Origin: Planctomycetota bacterium
GTDB lineage: Bacteria > Planctomycetota > JAJSAM01 > JAJVHW01
Direction of reading: 5' to 3'
NCBI GenBank assembly: GCA_965248445.1
Contig: CBDFJG010000002.1
Span: 64,001-128,000, forward strand
Length of the DNA stretch: 64,000 nt
Shown here in pieces: positions 27,581 to 36,282 of this stretch (position 1 is its first letter; the number at the start of each line of letters is the position of its first letter). Under the pieces are notes generated by a model. That model ran no database searches. It saw nothing but the letters and a program-made list of their open reading frames with translations, and was not told the origin of the DNA. Both the position numbers and the translations under genes were made by a program.

Positions 27581-28540
27581 CTACTCCGGTAGCGTCATCG
27601 GCGCGACGAGGGGGGCGTTCGTGCGAGAGGTTCCCGCGGGGCCGGGCAGGAAGCTGATGCGCTTCGCGCGCTGATCGAACGTGACGGCGAAGCGTTCGAG
27701 GATCTTCGTGCCGATGCGCGCCGGGCCGACGCCGACCAGCACCGGCGGGTTCGGGATCACATGCGAACCGATCCGCAGGTCGCCCTCGAGCAGGTGCATG
27801 CGCTCGTGCCAGGTGCCGTGCACCGTGTGGTAGACAACGTCCTTCCCGGAGACCGACAGCGCGAGATCGGCAGCGATCGTCTCCGGCACGGAGATGTGGC
27901 CGTCGAAGCCGCTGTCCACCGCAACGTGCACCTCCTTGTCTCCGAGGCGCACGCGGATCACCGGCACTCCGGCCTGGAACTGGAACGGTATGACCGTGGC
28001 GTGGTCGGGCGGCGGCAGCGAGCCCTCCGAGCAGCGCATCCGCCTGGCCGGGCCGTCGAGCGTCAGCAGCAGGTCGCCGAACACGGACAGGCCGAACAGC
28101 CCGGCGAACGCACCGGGCAGTGGGATGGCCCAGAAGTCCAGCTGCTCGAAGCGAATGTCACCGCGGTCCCCCACCACGACCATCTCGTCGATCGTGCCCT
28201 TGCGCACCATCGACCAGCGAGAGTCGCCGGCTCCGCGCACGTACCGCGGGGCGCTGCTCGTCTCGAGCGACAGGCGGCGCAACTGCGACGGAGCCAGCAC
28301 GCAGAGGCTCGATCCGGTGTCGAGCAGGAACGGCAGCTCGTCGCTGTCGTTGATCCGCACCGTCGCGACGAAGTCGCCACCGGACCATGTGAGCGGGACA
28401 TCGCCACCGCCGGACGGCATCGCGATGACCGCCGGTTCATGACGCGTCGTCGGGAGAGCGCAGCCGGTGAGAAGACCGGCGGCCAGCAGGACGGCGGCGG
28501 CCAGGAGGGCGACGGGACTGCGCGGCTGACTAGCCCGCAT
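27581..28540 (-). CDS. Lipoprotein, two-domain retropepsin-like aspartyl protease
   Basis: Lipobox LTGC; FLLDTGSS and VAVDSGFDG catalytic motifs; GLFG and ARIG hydrophobic-Gly motifs. Confidence 0.88.
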   Translation of the reverse strand: MRASQPRSPVALLAAAVLLAAGLLTGCALPTTRHEPAVIAMPSGGGDVPLTWSGGDFVATVRINDSDELPFLLDTGSSLCVLAPSQLRRLSLETSSAPRYVRGAGDSRWSMVRKGTIDEMVVVGDRGDIRFEQLDFWAIPLPGAFAGLFGLSVFGDLLLTLDGPARRMRCSEGSLPPPDHATVIPFQFQAGVPVIRVRLGDKEVHVAVDSGFDGHISVPETIAADLALSVSGKDVVYHTVHGTWHERMHLLEGDLRIGSHVIPNPPVLVGVGPARIGTKILERFAVTFDQRAKRISFLPGPAGTSRTNAPLVAPMTLPE

Positions 28541-28768
28541 CGTTCACCAGGCTCACGCGCCGGAGCGGCCCAGAACGCCGATCTCTGCGTTGCGCCGCCT
28601 CCACAACCCGTTCGGGGGTGCGTTCGGCGGCGCGCCTACAGCTCGACACTCTGTCCTCGCTCTGGACGACGTCGGTGGGTGCGCGAGAGATCGCCGCACG
28701 CAGGCAGACACTGGACATCGTTGGTATGTCGCCACGAACCGCGCAAGCCTGGTGAACGAAGCGGGCTA
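28531..28768. mobile_element. MITE-like non-autonomous element with 23-bp terminal inverted repeats and TA at both ends
   Basis: TAGCCCGCATCGTTCACCAGGCT (28531-28553) vs reverse complement of 28746-28768 TAGCCCGCTTCGTTCACCAGGCT, 22/23; no credible CDS inside. Confidence 0.7.
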
Positions 28769-29221
28769 AAGACCGGCAATGTCGGACTGGCTGACGACCG
28801 GGAACTTCACGTCGTCGAGCGCCGGATCGATCCCGAGCAAGCGCATGACGTTGCGCTGAAGGGAGTCGGTGGGCAGCCGCTCGAGGCGCGACTCCCGGCC
28901 CATCGCCTCCTGCTGGATGCCGCGCAGGACGTGATGCCGGTACGCAGTGCCGTTCTGGTCCACGAAGCCGACCTCCTCGAAGTCCGTGTCGTAGACGTAC
29001 TTCCAGGTGAAGGTCGGGCCGCCTTGCTCCGTGACGTCGAACACCTTGAGGAAGCCGACGTGGCCGGCGTGGGCCGCGTTGACCGCGTGATACGCACGCA
29101 GCTGACGCGACATCCGCGAGCCGCGGTCGACCTGCCGATGCTGGTCCTGCGTGATGGTGGTCCGGCAGGCAGGCGCCACGAGGGCGCCGAGCAGCAGGGC
29201 GAGAACGAGCGAGCGTGACAT
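28766..29221 (-). CDS. Hypothetical lipoprotein
   Basis: MSRSLVLALLLGALVAPAC; RBS GGAGGG and TACCAT upstream. Confidence 0.75.
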   Translation of the reverse strand: MSRSLVLALLLGALVAPACRTTITQDQHRQVDRGSRMSRQLRAYHAVNAAHAGHVGFLKVFDVTEQGGPTFTWKYVYDTDFEEVGFVDQNGTAYRHHVLRGIQQEAMGRESRLERLPTDSLQRNVMRLLGIDPALDDVKFPVVSQSDIAGL

Positions 29222-29332
29222 ACCGTCCCTCCGAGGAACGAGGGATGGTAGCCACGCCTGATCCACGGCGTCCAGCCGGAAGGGGCCGTCCCGGCGCCTC
29301 CCTCCCCCCCGGAGCGTAGGATCTGCCTCCCC

Positions 29333-31273
29333 ATGGACGTCGACACCGTTCTCGGCCCCGGCGGCCTCGTCGCCGCGCGTCTCCCCGCCTACGAGGAGCG
29401 CCCGGAGCAGATGCAGATGGCCGTGGCCGTGGATCGGACCATGCGAGAGGGCGGACGCCTGATGGCCGAGGCCGGAACCGGTGTCGGCAAGAGCTTCGCG
29501 TACCTCGTCCCGGCGGTGGCTGCGGCCGCCGAGCGGGGGGAGCGGGTGGTCATCGCCACGCACACCATCGCGCTGCAGGAGCAGCTGCTCGGCAAGGACG
29601 TCCCGTTCCTCTCCGGGATCCTCCCGGCGGAGTTCAGCGTCGTTCTCGCCAAGGGCCGCGGGAACTTCCTCTGCCTCCGTCGGATGGGCTTGGCCGACCG
29701 CGGCGGCAAGCAGCTCTTCGAGAGCGGTGGCGTCGACGAGCAGCTCCAGCGCATCATCGACTGGGCGAAGACGACGCACGGCGGCTCGCTACAGGAGCTC
29801 GACTTCGTTCCGGATCGCTCGCTCTGGAACCGCGTCAACGCGGAGGCGGGCAACTGTCTCGGGCGCGCCTGCGACTTCTACGACCAGTGCTTCTACCAGG
29901 CCGGCCACCGGCGACTGCGCAACGCGAACGTGATCGTCGCCAACCACGCGTTCCTGTTCGCGGACATGGCGCTGCGCCAGGTCGGATGGAACCTCTTGCC
30001 CGACTACGAGCACCTCGTGCTCGACGAAGCGCACGCGGTCGAGGATGTCGCAGCGGACTGGATCGGCATGCGGGTTTCTCGCGGACAGGTGAACTACCTG
30101 TTCCGGCAACTTGCGAGCACACGTGCGAAGGGACTGCTCTACACAACCGCGGAGTCCGGGCGAGCGGTCGGCGCCGTGGCCGCAGCACGCGAAGAAGCGA
30201 AGGCGTTCTTCGATGAAGCCGGCGCCTGGCACGACGCCGCGAAACCGGAGAACCACCGGATCAGTGAGCCGCACCTCTTCTCGTCGCGGTTGCGCGACGC
30301 GCTCGACGCCGTCGGCCACGAGGTCAAGCAACTCGCCGATCGAGAGCCGACGAAGGAGAAGCGGCTCGAGCTCTCGGCCCGGGCCGGGCGAGCGCACGCG
30401 CTCTCCGAGGAACTCGGCTCCCTGCTCGCCCTCGCGAGGCTCGGACACGTGTATTGGATCGAGCGGGAGGGCCGCGACAACGTCGCGCTCCGCAGCGCCC
30501 CCGTGGACGTGGGGACGGACCTCTCGGCGCAACTGTGGGATCGGCTCAAGAGCGTGACGCTCACGAGCGCGACGCTGTCGGCAGGCGGCGAAGCGGGCTT
30601 CGCGCATCTCGCCGGACGGCTTGGTCTCAGCGGCGCCACGACGCTCGAGTGCGGATCGCCGTTCGACTATCGGAGTCAGGCGCGACTGATCGTCGACACG
30701 CGGGTCCCCGAGCCGTCGGAGCGGACGGCGTACGAGACCGCGCTGCCATCGGCCGTCATGCGGCACATCGCGCGTTCGGAGGGCGGCGTGTTCGTGCTGT
30801 TCACGAGCTACCAATCCCTCAACCGGTGTCATGAAGCGTGCGCAGGAGAGTTGCGGGCGCTCGGGCACACGGTGTTCAAGCAGGGCGACGGAATGCCGCG
30901 CGGGACGATGCTCGAACGCTTCCGCGCGGCGGAGTCAGGCGTGCTCTTCGGTACGGACTCGTTCTGGCAGGGCGTGGACGTGCCGGGGGATGCGCTGACC
31001 ACCGTCATCATCACGCGACTGCCCTTCGCGGTGCCCACGCAGCCGCTGAACGAAGCGCGCACAGAAGCGATCGAGGCGCGCGGCGGCAGCGCGTTCAGCG
31101 AGTACTCGCTGCCGCAGGCGATCCTGAAGTTCAAGCAGGGCTTCGGACGCCTGATCCGCCGCCGCACCGACCACGGCTCGGTCGTCGTGCTGGACCAGCG
31201 CGTCGTCTCGAAGCGCTACGGCCGCGCGTTCATCGACGGACTGCCGCCGGTCGAGTTGGAGGTCGAGGCCTAG
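29333..31273 (+). CDS. dinG: ATP-dependent DNA helicase, DinG/YoaA family
   Basis: Q motif RPEQ; EAGTGVGKS; KGRGNFLC and C-x4-C-x5-C Fe-S cysteines; DEAH; TSATL; LFTSY; FWQGVD; QGFGRLIR. Confidence 0.96.
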   Translation: MDVDTVLGPGGLVAARLPAYEERPEQMQMAVAVDRTMREGGRLMAEAGTGVGKSFAYLVPAVAAAAERGERVVIATHTIALQEQLLGKDVPFLSGILPAEFSVVLAKGRGNFLCLRRMGLADRGGKQLFESGGVDEQLQRIIDWAKTTHGGSLQELDFVPDRSLWNRVNAEAGNCLGRACDFYDQCFYQAGHRRLRNANVIVANHAFLFADMALRQVGWNLLPDYEHLVLDEAHAVEDVAADWIGMRVSRGQVNYLFRQLASTRAKGLLYTTAESGRAVGAVAAAREEAKAFFDEAGAWHDAAKPENHRISEPHLFSSRLRDALDAVGHEVKQLADREPTKEKRLELSARAGRAHALSEELGSLLALARLGHVYWIEREGRDNVALRSAPVDVGTDLSAQLWDRLKSVTLTSATLSAGGEAGFAHLAGRLGLSGATTLECGSPFDYRSQARLIVDTRVPEPSERTAYETALPSAVMRHIARSEGGVFVLFTSYQSLNRCHEACAGELRALGHTVFKQGDGMPRGTMLERFRAAESGVLFGTDSFWQGVDVPGDALTTVIITRLPFAVPTQPLNEARTEAIEARGGSAFSEYSLPQAILKFKQGFGRLIRRRTDHGSVVVLDQRVVSKRYGRAFIDGLPPVELEVEA

Positions 31274-31300
31274 GAGGTGGAGAGCTGGCGGCGCATCTCG

Positions 31301-31331
31301 ATGTAACCGACGGCCACGCAAGGGCGTCCTC
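31301..31331 (+). promoter_or_regulatory. ECF-type promoter TGTAAC-N17-CGTC with no same-strand gene directly downstream
   Basis: ATGTAACC-GACGGCCACGCAAG-GGCGTCCTC. Confidence 0.6.
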
Positions 31332-31388
31332 CCCCTTGGCGGGCGGGTCGGCGCGCGCGGGTCGCCCGGGGGCGGCAGAACGGCTGGT

Positions 31389-32312
31389 CTAGACCCGCGA
31401 GACGCGGAGTGCTGCCTGGATCTCGCGGCGCGGAACGAGGGGGGCGTCGGGCCGAGAGCCGGCGGACCGCTTGGCGGGACGCGCTGCGCCGGACTCGGCG
31501 GACCGGCCGACAGCGAGGCGCATGCCGAGAGCCACGACGGCAACAGCGCCCAGCAGCAAGCCGATCAGGCCGAGCCGCGACTCGACAAGCGGCAGGAACG
31601 AGCACTCGAACGCGCGCCACGCGTCCACCGGCCGGGCGATGGCCGGCACGGCGATCACGCGACGTGAGAACGACCCGTCCGCGGCGACGGAGACGAGTTC
31701 CACGGTCGGGATCTCTTCATCGGTCGACCTGCTGGCGAACGTCGCGGCGACGGAACCCGCTACGGGCTCTGCGCCCGTGCACGAGAATGCGAAAATGGGG
31801 CCGCCGCCGGTCGCGACGCCCATGTCATCTCCGAAGTCGGAGGACTCGCTTCCTGCGCGGAACGTGCACCCGTATGCCGGGAACGCGAACGCCTCGGGAG
31901 TCGCGAGTGTCGTGTAGAGCAACGGGTCCAGTTCGTCGGCCGGATGCGACGGACAGGCCAGGTGCGCCACGCCCTGATCGTGTTCGGCGATGACGCGCGC
32001 CAGGCGCCACCTTCCGAGTGCGTCGTCCGGCACCGCGTGGCCGAGAACGACGACGGGAGACGCTCCTGCGGCCGCCGCGACGTCGAGCGCGCGTGCCAGC
32101 TTGACGTGGGAGCGGCGCGCGCCTCGCACGACAGCGAACGTGAACGGGCCGTCAGAGACGTCTTGGTCGCCCATCTCGTAGCCGAGCGAGATCTCGCCCG
32201 TCTTCTCGATGCGCTCGTCGTGCGTCGACCGCCACTGATGCGCGCGCACCGCCGCCAGGGCGGTGGCGAGGGCCAGCAGCAGGCACAGCGATCCCGCGAT
32301 CCGTTTCAACAT
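31389..32312 (-). CDS. Membrane protein with a degenerate metallophosphoesterase-like domain
   Basis: N- and C-terminal TM helices; FTFAVVRG and VVVLGHAV resemble calcineurin-like motifs lacking the Asp residues. Confidence 0.55.
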   Translation of the reverse strand: MLKRIAGSLCLLLALATALAAVRAHQWRSTHDERIEKTGEISLGYEMGDQDVSDGPFTFAVVRGARRSHVKLARALDVAAAAGASPVVVLGHAVPDDALGRWRLARVIAEHDQGVAHLACPSHPADELDPLLYTTLATPEAFAFPAYGCTFRAGSESSDFGDDMGVATGGGPIFAFSCTGAEPVAGSVAATFASRSTDEEIPTVELVSVAADGSFSRRVIAVPAIARPVDAWRAFECSFLPLVESRLGLIGLLLGAVAVVALGMRLAVGRSAESGAARPAKRSAGSRPDAPLVPRREIQAALRVSRV

Positions 32313-32344
32313 GGTGTCAATCCTCGTGAGCTCCGTGCAGAGGT

Positions 32345-32374
32345 GCGGACCCGGAGCAGGTGCTCCGGGTCCGC
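32345..32374. terminator. Perfect 13-14 bp hairpin downstream of the 32412-33389 gene
   Basis: GCGGACCCGGAGCA-GG-TGCTCCGGGTCCGC. Confidence 0.65.
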
Positions 32375-32411
32375 GTGCGATCCCCGTAGAAGGAACGCGA
32401 CATGGAGTCGG

Positions 32412-33389
32412 TTACCGCACCGGCTTCCGATCCAGCGACGGCAGTGCGTCGGTCTCGGGCTGGGCGGGCTTGGTGTCGACCGGCGTCGGGTCGATGGGCT
32501 CGGGATCGGGCTCCAGCGGCTCCGGGAGGTCCCGGCGGCATGAGAAGCCAACCAGGCCGTCGAACCACCAGCCGACCCTCGCCAGCTTGCAGAAGTTGTA
32601 TCGGTTCGCCTCGTCCACGGCGTCGATCACGGTGCGGCCCTCGAAGGTGCCCGCGATGATCGAAGCGTTCAGGCGGCGCAGCCGGCGCACGACCAGGTTG
32701 TCAGCACCGAAGGCGCGAATGAGCTTCTTGACGCCGCGACGGTCGACGTGGCCCTGGTAGTAGCCCTCGTCGTGGAACGGAGCGTTGCAACGCGAGAAAT
32801 CCAGCGGGTCGGTTGCGAGATCCGGGTCACCGAAGTTGGGGCGCAGGCCCTGCGTGCCGATGAGGCCGAAGTCGAGCATGCCGAATGTGAACGTGCCGTC
32901 GGGGCCGGCACTGAACGTCGCGTTCAGATCCATGCGGGCTACGAACCCGCCGATCGGAGTGACGCCGTTCGGTCCCCTGTTGCGGATCCAGCGCGTCGTC
33001 CGCACGAGCGCGGAGAACCGCACGTCGCGGCCGCCGAACGCCTGTGCGAGCACTTCGTCACAGTCGTTCAGCTTGACGTCGCGATCGAAGTGCACCGAGC
33101 GCACCACGTGATAGCGCTCACGCGTCCCGTCCGCTTCGAACGGCGGGCAACGATAGCGGAAGCAGCCGAGCACCTTGGCGTCGCCTGCCACGTTGAACGA
33201 GTTGACACGGAGGCCGAACAACGGCCCGCGCCGGTCGACGACCGGGCGATCCACGTTGCCGACCTCGGCGAACCGGTCGCGCGCCGACAGCGCCTCGGCG
33301 TCGCTCGTACCGATGAGCGGTGCGGCGGCCACGGCCCCGACGAGCGCCGCGGCGATCGTGGTGTGAGTGAGCGTCGTCTTCCAACGCAT
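32412..33389 (-). CDS. Secreted hypothetical protein with several Cys and a Pro/acidic tail
   Basis: RBS AGGAGGA; signal peptide; tail PEPLEPDPEPIDPTP. Confidence 0.75.
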   Translation of the reverse strand: MRWKTTLTHTTIAAALVGAVAAAPLIGTSDAEALSARDRFAEVGNVDRPVVDRRGPLFGLRVNSFNVAGDAKVLGCFRYRCPPFEADGTRERYHVVRSVHFDRDVKLNDCDEVLAQAFGGRDVRFSALVRTTRWIRNRGPNGVTPIGGFVARMDLNATFSAGPDGTFTFGMLDFGLIGTQGLRPNFGDPDLATDPLDFSRCNAPFHDEGYYQGHVDRRGVKKLIRAFGADNLVVRRLRRLNASIIAGTFEGRTVIDAVDEANRYNFCKLARVGWWFDGLVGFSCRRDLPEPLEPDPEPIDPTPVDTKPAQPETDALPSLDRKPVR

Positions 33390-33586
33390 GAACATTCCTC
33401 CTGACGGCTCCTGCCACCGTGGGGCTGCGATCCCCGGGGCGCGGGCTGCCGCGTTCTTCTCGATGGACTCTCCGGATCGGTGGGTCCGGCGTTACCGGAC
33501 AGGCTCCGGGAGGCTCATTCGAGGTCTGGCCGCGATGCGGGCGGTCCCGTACCTTCTGTGGACCGTCCGGAAACAGGAGAAGCACG

Positions 33587-34864
33587 ATGAAGAACCGTGG
33601 AATCCGGCGCCTGGGCTGGGCGCTCGCCCTGATCGCTGGCTTGGTGCTCGCCGCCACGCCGGCCGGTGTCGATGCCGGCGACGAGCCGCAGAAGAAGCGC
33701 CGGGCCGCCACCGAAGAGCGGCTCGACGACGCCGAGCGCAAGGTCAAGATGGCCAGAGCGAAGTACCAGAGAGCGCGAGAGGCGCTCGACGCGGCCCGAG
33801 GCGCGCACGCGGGCTTCGAGAAGCGTCTCGACGAACTCGAGGAGGAGCTCGTGTCGCTCCGCCGCCGCGGCGGCAGCGAGGACGACAAGCACCGCATCGA
33901 GATCGCGATCGAAAAGACGCGAGCGGACATCGAGGAGCGCCGGGCGAAGGGCGGTGAGGGGGCCACACGAAAGCGCATCGAGAAGATGGAAGCGGCGGCG
34001 GGCAAGCAGGCCCAGCTCCTGCGGCGCGCGGAGGAGCACTTCGTGAAGGTGCGCGATCGACTCAAGGAGCAGGACTACAAGTTCCCCGAGGTCCCGGCGG
34101 ACCACGCCGAGGACCGCAAGCGCCGCGTGAACCAGCTCGAAGCCGAGGTCCGCGACCTGCGCAAGCAACTGGCGGCAACAGAGTCGGCGGCCGACGGGAT
34201 GAACCCGCGCCTCCGCGAGCGGATCGAGCTGCGCGCCGAGCAGGCGCGAGAGGAGGCCGAGGAGCTCCGCGCGGCGTTGCGTGCGGCCGAAGAGGATGGC
34301 CTGGGAGAGAAGCACGTCAAGGTCGTCCGTCTTCGCAGGGACATCGACCGCGCCCACTCGCGAATCCGCGCGATGGAGGAACAGCTGGCGGACGGCGGGG
34401 TCCCCGAGGCCGCGGCGGCTAGGCGCAGCGAGCTCGCCCGCGCCATCGAAGTGCGCATGAAGGCCATCCGGACTGTGATGGCGTTGAAGGACGGCGAGCG
34501 CAAGAAGGGCAACAAGAAGGGCGGCAAGAGGAACAACGGAGACCTCGACATGATGGCCACGCAGATCGAGCGGCTGGGCAAGGCCGTCGAGAGGCTGCAC
34601 GACATCGTGGAGCGCCACCACGGGCAGGCCCCGGCGACCGACCGCAAGCGCCCGCGCGCACCGCGTGACGGGTCGCGGGACGAGGTCGTGACCAGGATGA
34701 AGCAGATGCAGGACCACATCGCGAAGCTCGAAGCCGAGAACGCGCGCCTGAGCGCGATGGCAGCAGAGGCGGATGCGACGCGCCGGAAGCTGCTCGAGGT
34801 GCAGGAGCAGTTCGACCACCTGCGCGAGCACGGCCACTTCCACGGGCCGGGTGAGAACGACTAG
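33587..34864 (+). CDS. Secreted long coiled-coil protein
   Basis: TACCTT and AGGAGA upstream; signal peptide; E/K/R-rich heptads throughout; His-rich end HLREHGHFHG. Confidence 0.8.
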   Translation: MKNRGIRRLGWALALIAGLVLAATPAGVDAGDEPQKKRRAATEERLDDAERKVKMARAKYQRAREALDAARGAHAGFEKRLDELEEELVSLRRRGGSEDDKHRIEIAIEKTRADIEERRAKGGEGATRKRIEKMEAAAGKQAQLLRRAEEHFVKVRDRLKEQDYKFPEVPADHAEDRKRRVNQLEAEVRDLRKQLAATESAADGMNPRLRERIELRAEQAREEAEELRAALRAAEEDGLGEKHVKVVRLRRDIDRAHSRIRAMEEQLADGGVPEAAAARRSELARAIEVRMKAIRTVMALKDGERKKGNKKGGKRNNGDLDMMATQIERLGKAVERLHDIVERHHGQAPATDRKRPRAPRDGSRDEVVTRMKQMQDHIAKLEAENARLSAMAAEADATRRKLLEVQEQFDHLREHGHFHGPGEND

Positions 34865-35039
34865 CGGCGGGCGGTCGCGAGAATCACGGTTCGCGGGCGG
34901 GCGCGCAGCGCCCCCCCCCCGATGCGGGGCGCACTCGTCACGCGAATAGCGGAGGGCGGGCCGTTTGCGGAGCAGGCGGCATGACCGCAGCCCTTCCGCA
35001 GCGTCCGGAGGACGCGAAGGAAGGGAAACAACGGCGGCG

Positions 35040-35082
35040 CCCCTTGGCACGTTGAGCGCTGCGCGCTCAACGTGCCAAGGGG
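35040..35082. terminator. Perfect 20-bp hairpin just downstream of the dehydrogenase gene (convergent region)
   Basis: CCCCTTGGCACGTTGAGCGC-TGC-GCGCTCAACGTGCCAAGGGG. Confidence 0.75.
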
Positions 35083-35092
35083 GCAGCGACGG

Positions 35093-36163
35093 CTAAGCCG
35101 GCGCTGCAGCCGACGCGCGCTTCGCGTCGTCGAGGAGCTTCTTGGCGAGCACCAGCGCTGCGTGGCTGGTCGGGATCTCCTGCTCACGCGACGTCCGGAC
35201 GATGTCCTCGATCGCGCGGCGGATGTTCTTCACGCGCTTCAAGGAGGCGGCCTCGTCATATCCGCCCTCGGCGAACTCGACGCTGACGTTGATGATGCCG
35301 CCCGCGTTGATGACGAAGTCCGGCGCGTACAGGATGCCGCGGCGCAGGAGTTCCTCGCCGTGGCGATCCTCGGCGAGCTGGTTGTTCGCACCGCCCGCGA
35401 TCGCCTTGCACTTGAGCTGCGGAATGGTGCGGTCGTTCAGGATGGCCCCGAGAGCACACGGCGCGAAGATGTCCGCGTCCGCGGCATAGATCTCGCGCGG
35501 TGAGCAGACCTCGGCGCCGAGTTCGGCCGCGACGGACGAGAGCTTGGACTCGTTGACGTCGGTCAGGATGAGCTTCGCACCGGCATCGCGCAGCAGCTTG
35601 GCCAGGCCGAAGCCGACGTTGCCGACGCCCTGCACCGAGACGGTCTTGCCCTTGAGATCATCGTTGCCGAAGACCGCCTCCGCCGTGGCGAGCAGGCCTT
35701 CGTAGATGCCGAGGGAGGTGTACGGCGACGGATCGCCGGAGCCACCGGACGAGCGGGGCAGACCGCTGACGTACGGTGTCACTTCGCGCAGACACATCAT
35801 GTCCGCTTCGCTCGTGCCCACGTCCTCGGCAGTCGTGTACCGGCCGGCGAGGGTGTGCACGAAGCGCCCCATTGCTCGGAAGAGATCGGGGGACTTGTCC
35901 GTCTTCGGGTCGCCGACGATGACGGCCTTGCCGCCGCCCAGCCCCGTGCGCGCGACGGCGCTCTTGTAGGACATCCCCTCGGACAGCCGCAGCACGTCCG
36001 TCACGGCGTCTTCCTCGCGCGTGTAGCGCCACATACGGCATCCACCCAGCGCGGGTCCAAGCGTCGTGTCGTGGACGGCAATGAAGGCGTTCAGGCCCGC
36101 TCGCGGGTCGGTGGCCCTGTAGACCTCCTCGTACCCGTCGACGGGCAGCCTCCTGATCTCCAT
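35093..36163 (-). CDS. Glu/Leu/Phe/Val dehydrogenase (leucine dehydrogenase-like)
   Basis: IAVHDTTLGPALGGCRM; GGGKAVI; TAEDVGT; SGDPSPYT; QGVGNVG; GGANNQL; YAPDFVINAGG. Confidence 0.96.
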   Translation of the reverse strand: MEIRRLPVDGYEEVYRATDPRAGLNAFIAVHDTTLGPALGGCRMWRYTREEDAVTDVLRLSEGMSYKSAVARTGLGGGKAVIVGDPKTDKSPDLFRAMGRFVHTLAGRYTTAEDVGTSEADMMCLREVTPYVSGLPRSSGGSGDPSPYTSLGIYEGLLATAEAVFGNDDLKGKTVSVQGVGNVGFGLAKLLRDAGAKLILTDVNESKLSSVAAELGAEVCSPREIYAADADIFAPCALGAILNDRTIPQLKCKAIAGGANNQLAEDRHGEELLRRGILYAPDFVINAGGIINVSVEFAEGGYDEAASLKRVKNIRRAIEDIVRTSREQEIPTSHAALVLAKKLLDDAKRASAAAPA

Positions 36164-36282
36164 CTCGGCATCTCCTTCCGCTGGGCGCGGACTCTCTGCG
36201 CACCCTCTGACCAAGGCGGCCGAGGGTACTCGGCGGGGTAGGGCGCTCTCCACTTTCCCCCCGGCTCGCCCGGGCTCCCGGC

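Noticed and set aside
21553..29221. Possible integron cassette array (five same-strand accessory genes)
   Set aside because: No shared attC-like repeats between the genes and no integron integrase in the window
25715..31273. Uma2 + DinG as an anti-phage or type IV CRISPR module
   Set aside because: DinG is a standard Fe-S YoaA type, the two genes are separated and divergent, and there are no cas or other defence genes
32385..32416. GGTAACC...CGTTCCTT on the minus strand as another ECF promoter copy
   Set aside because: The spacer is 13 nt rather than 17, and the -35 overlaps a stop codon
34911..34920. C10 homopolymer as a phase-variation switch
   Set aside because: It lies between convergent 3' ends, outside any CDS or promoter
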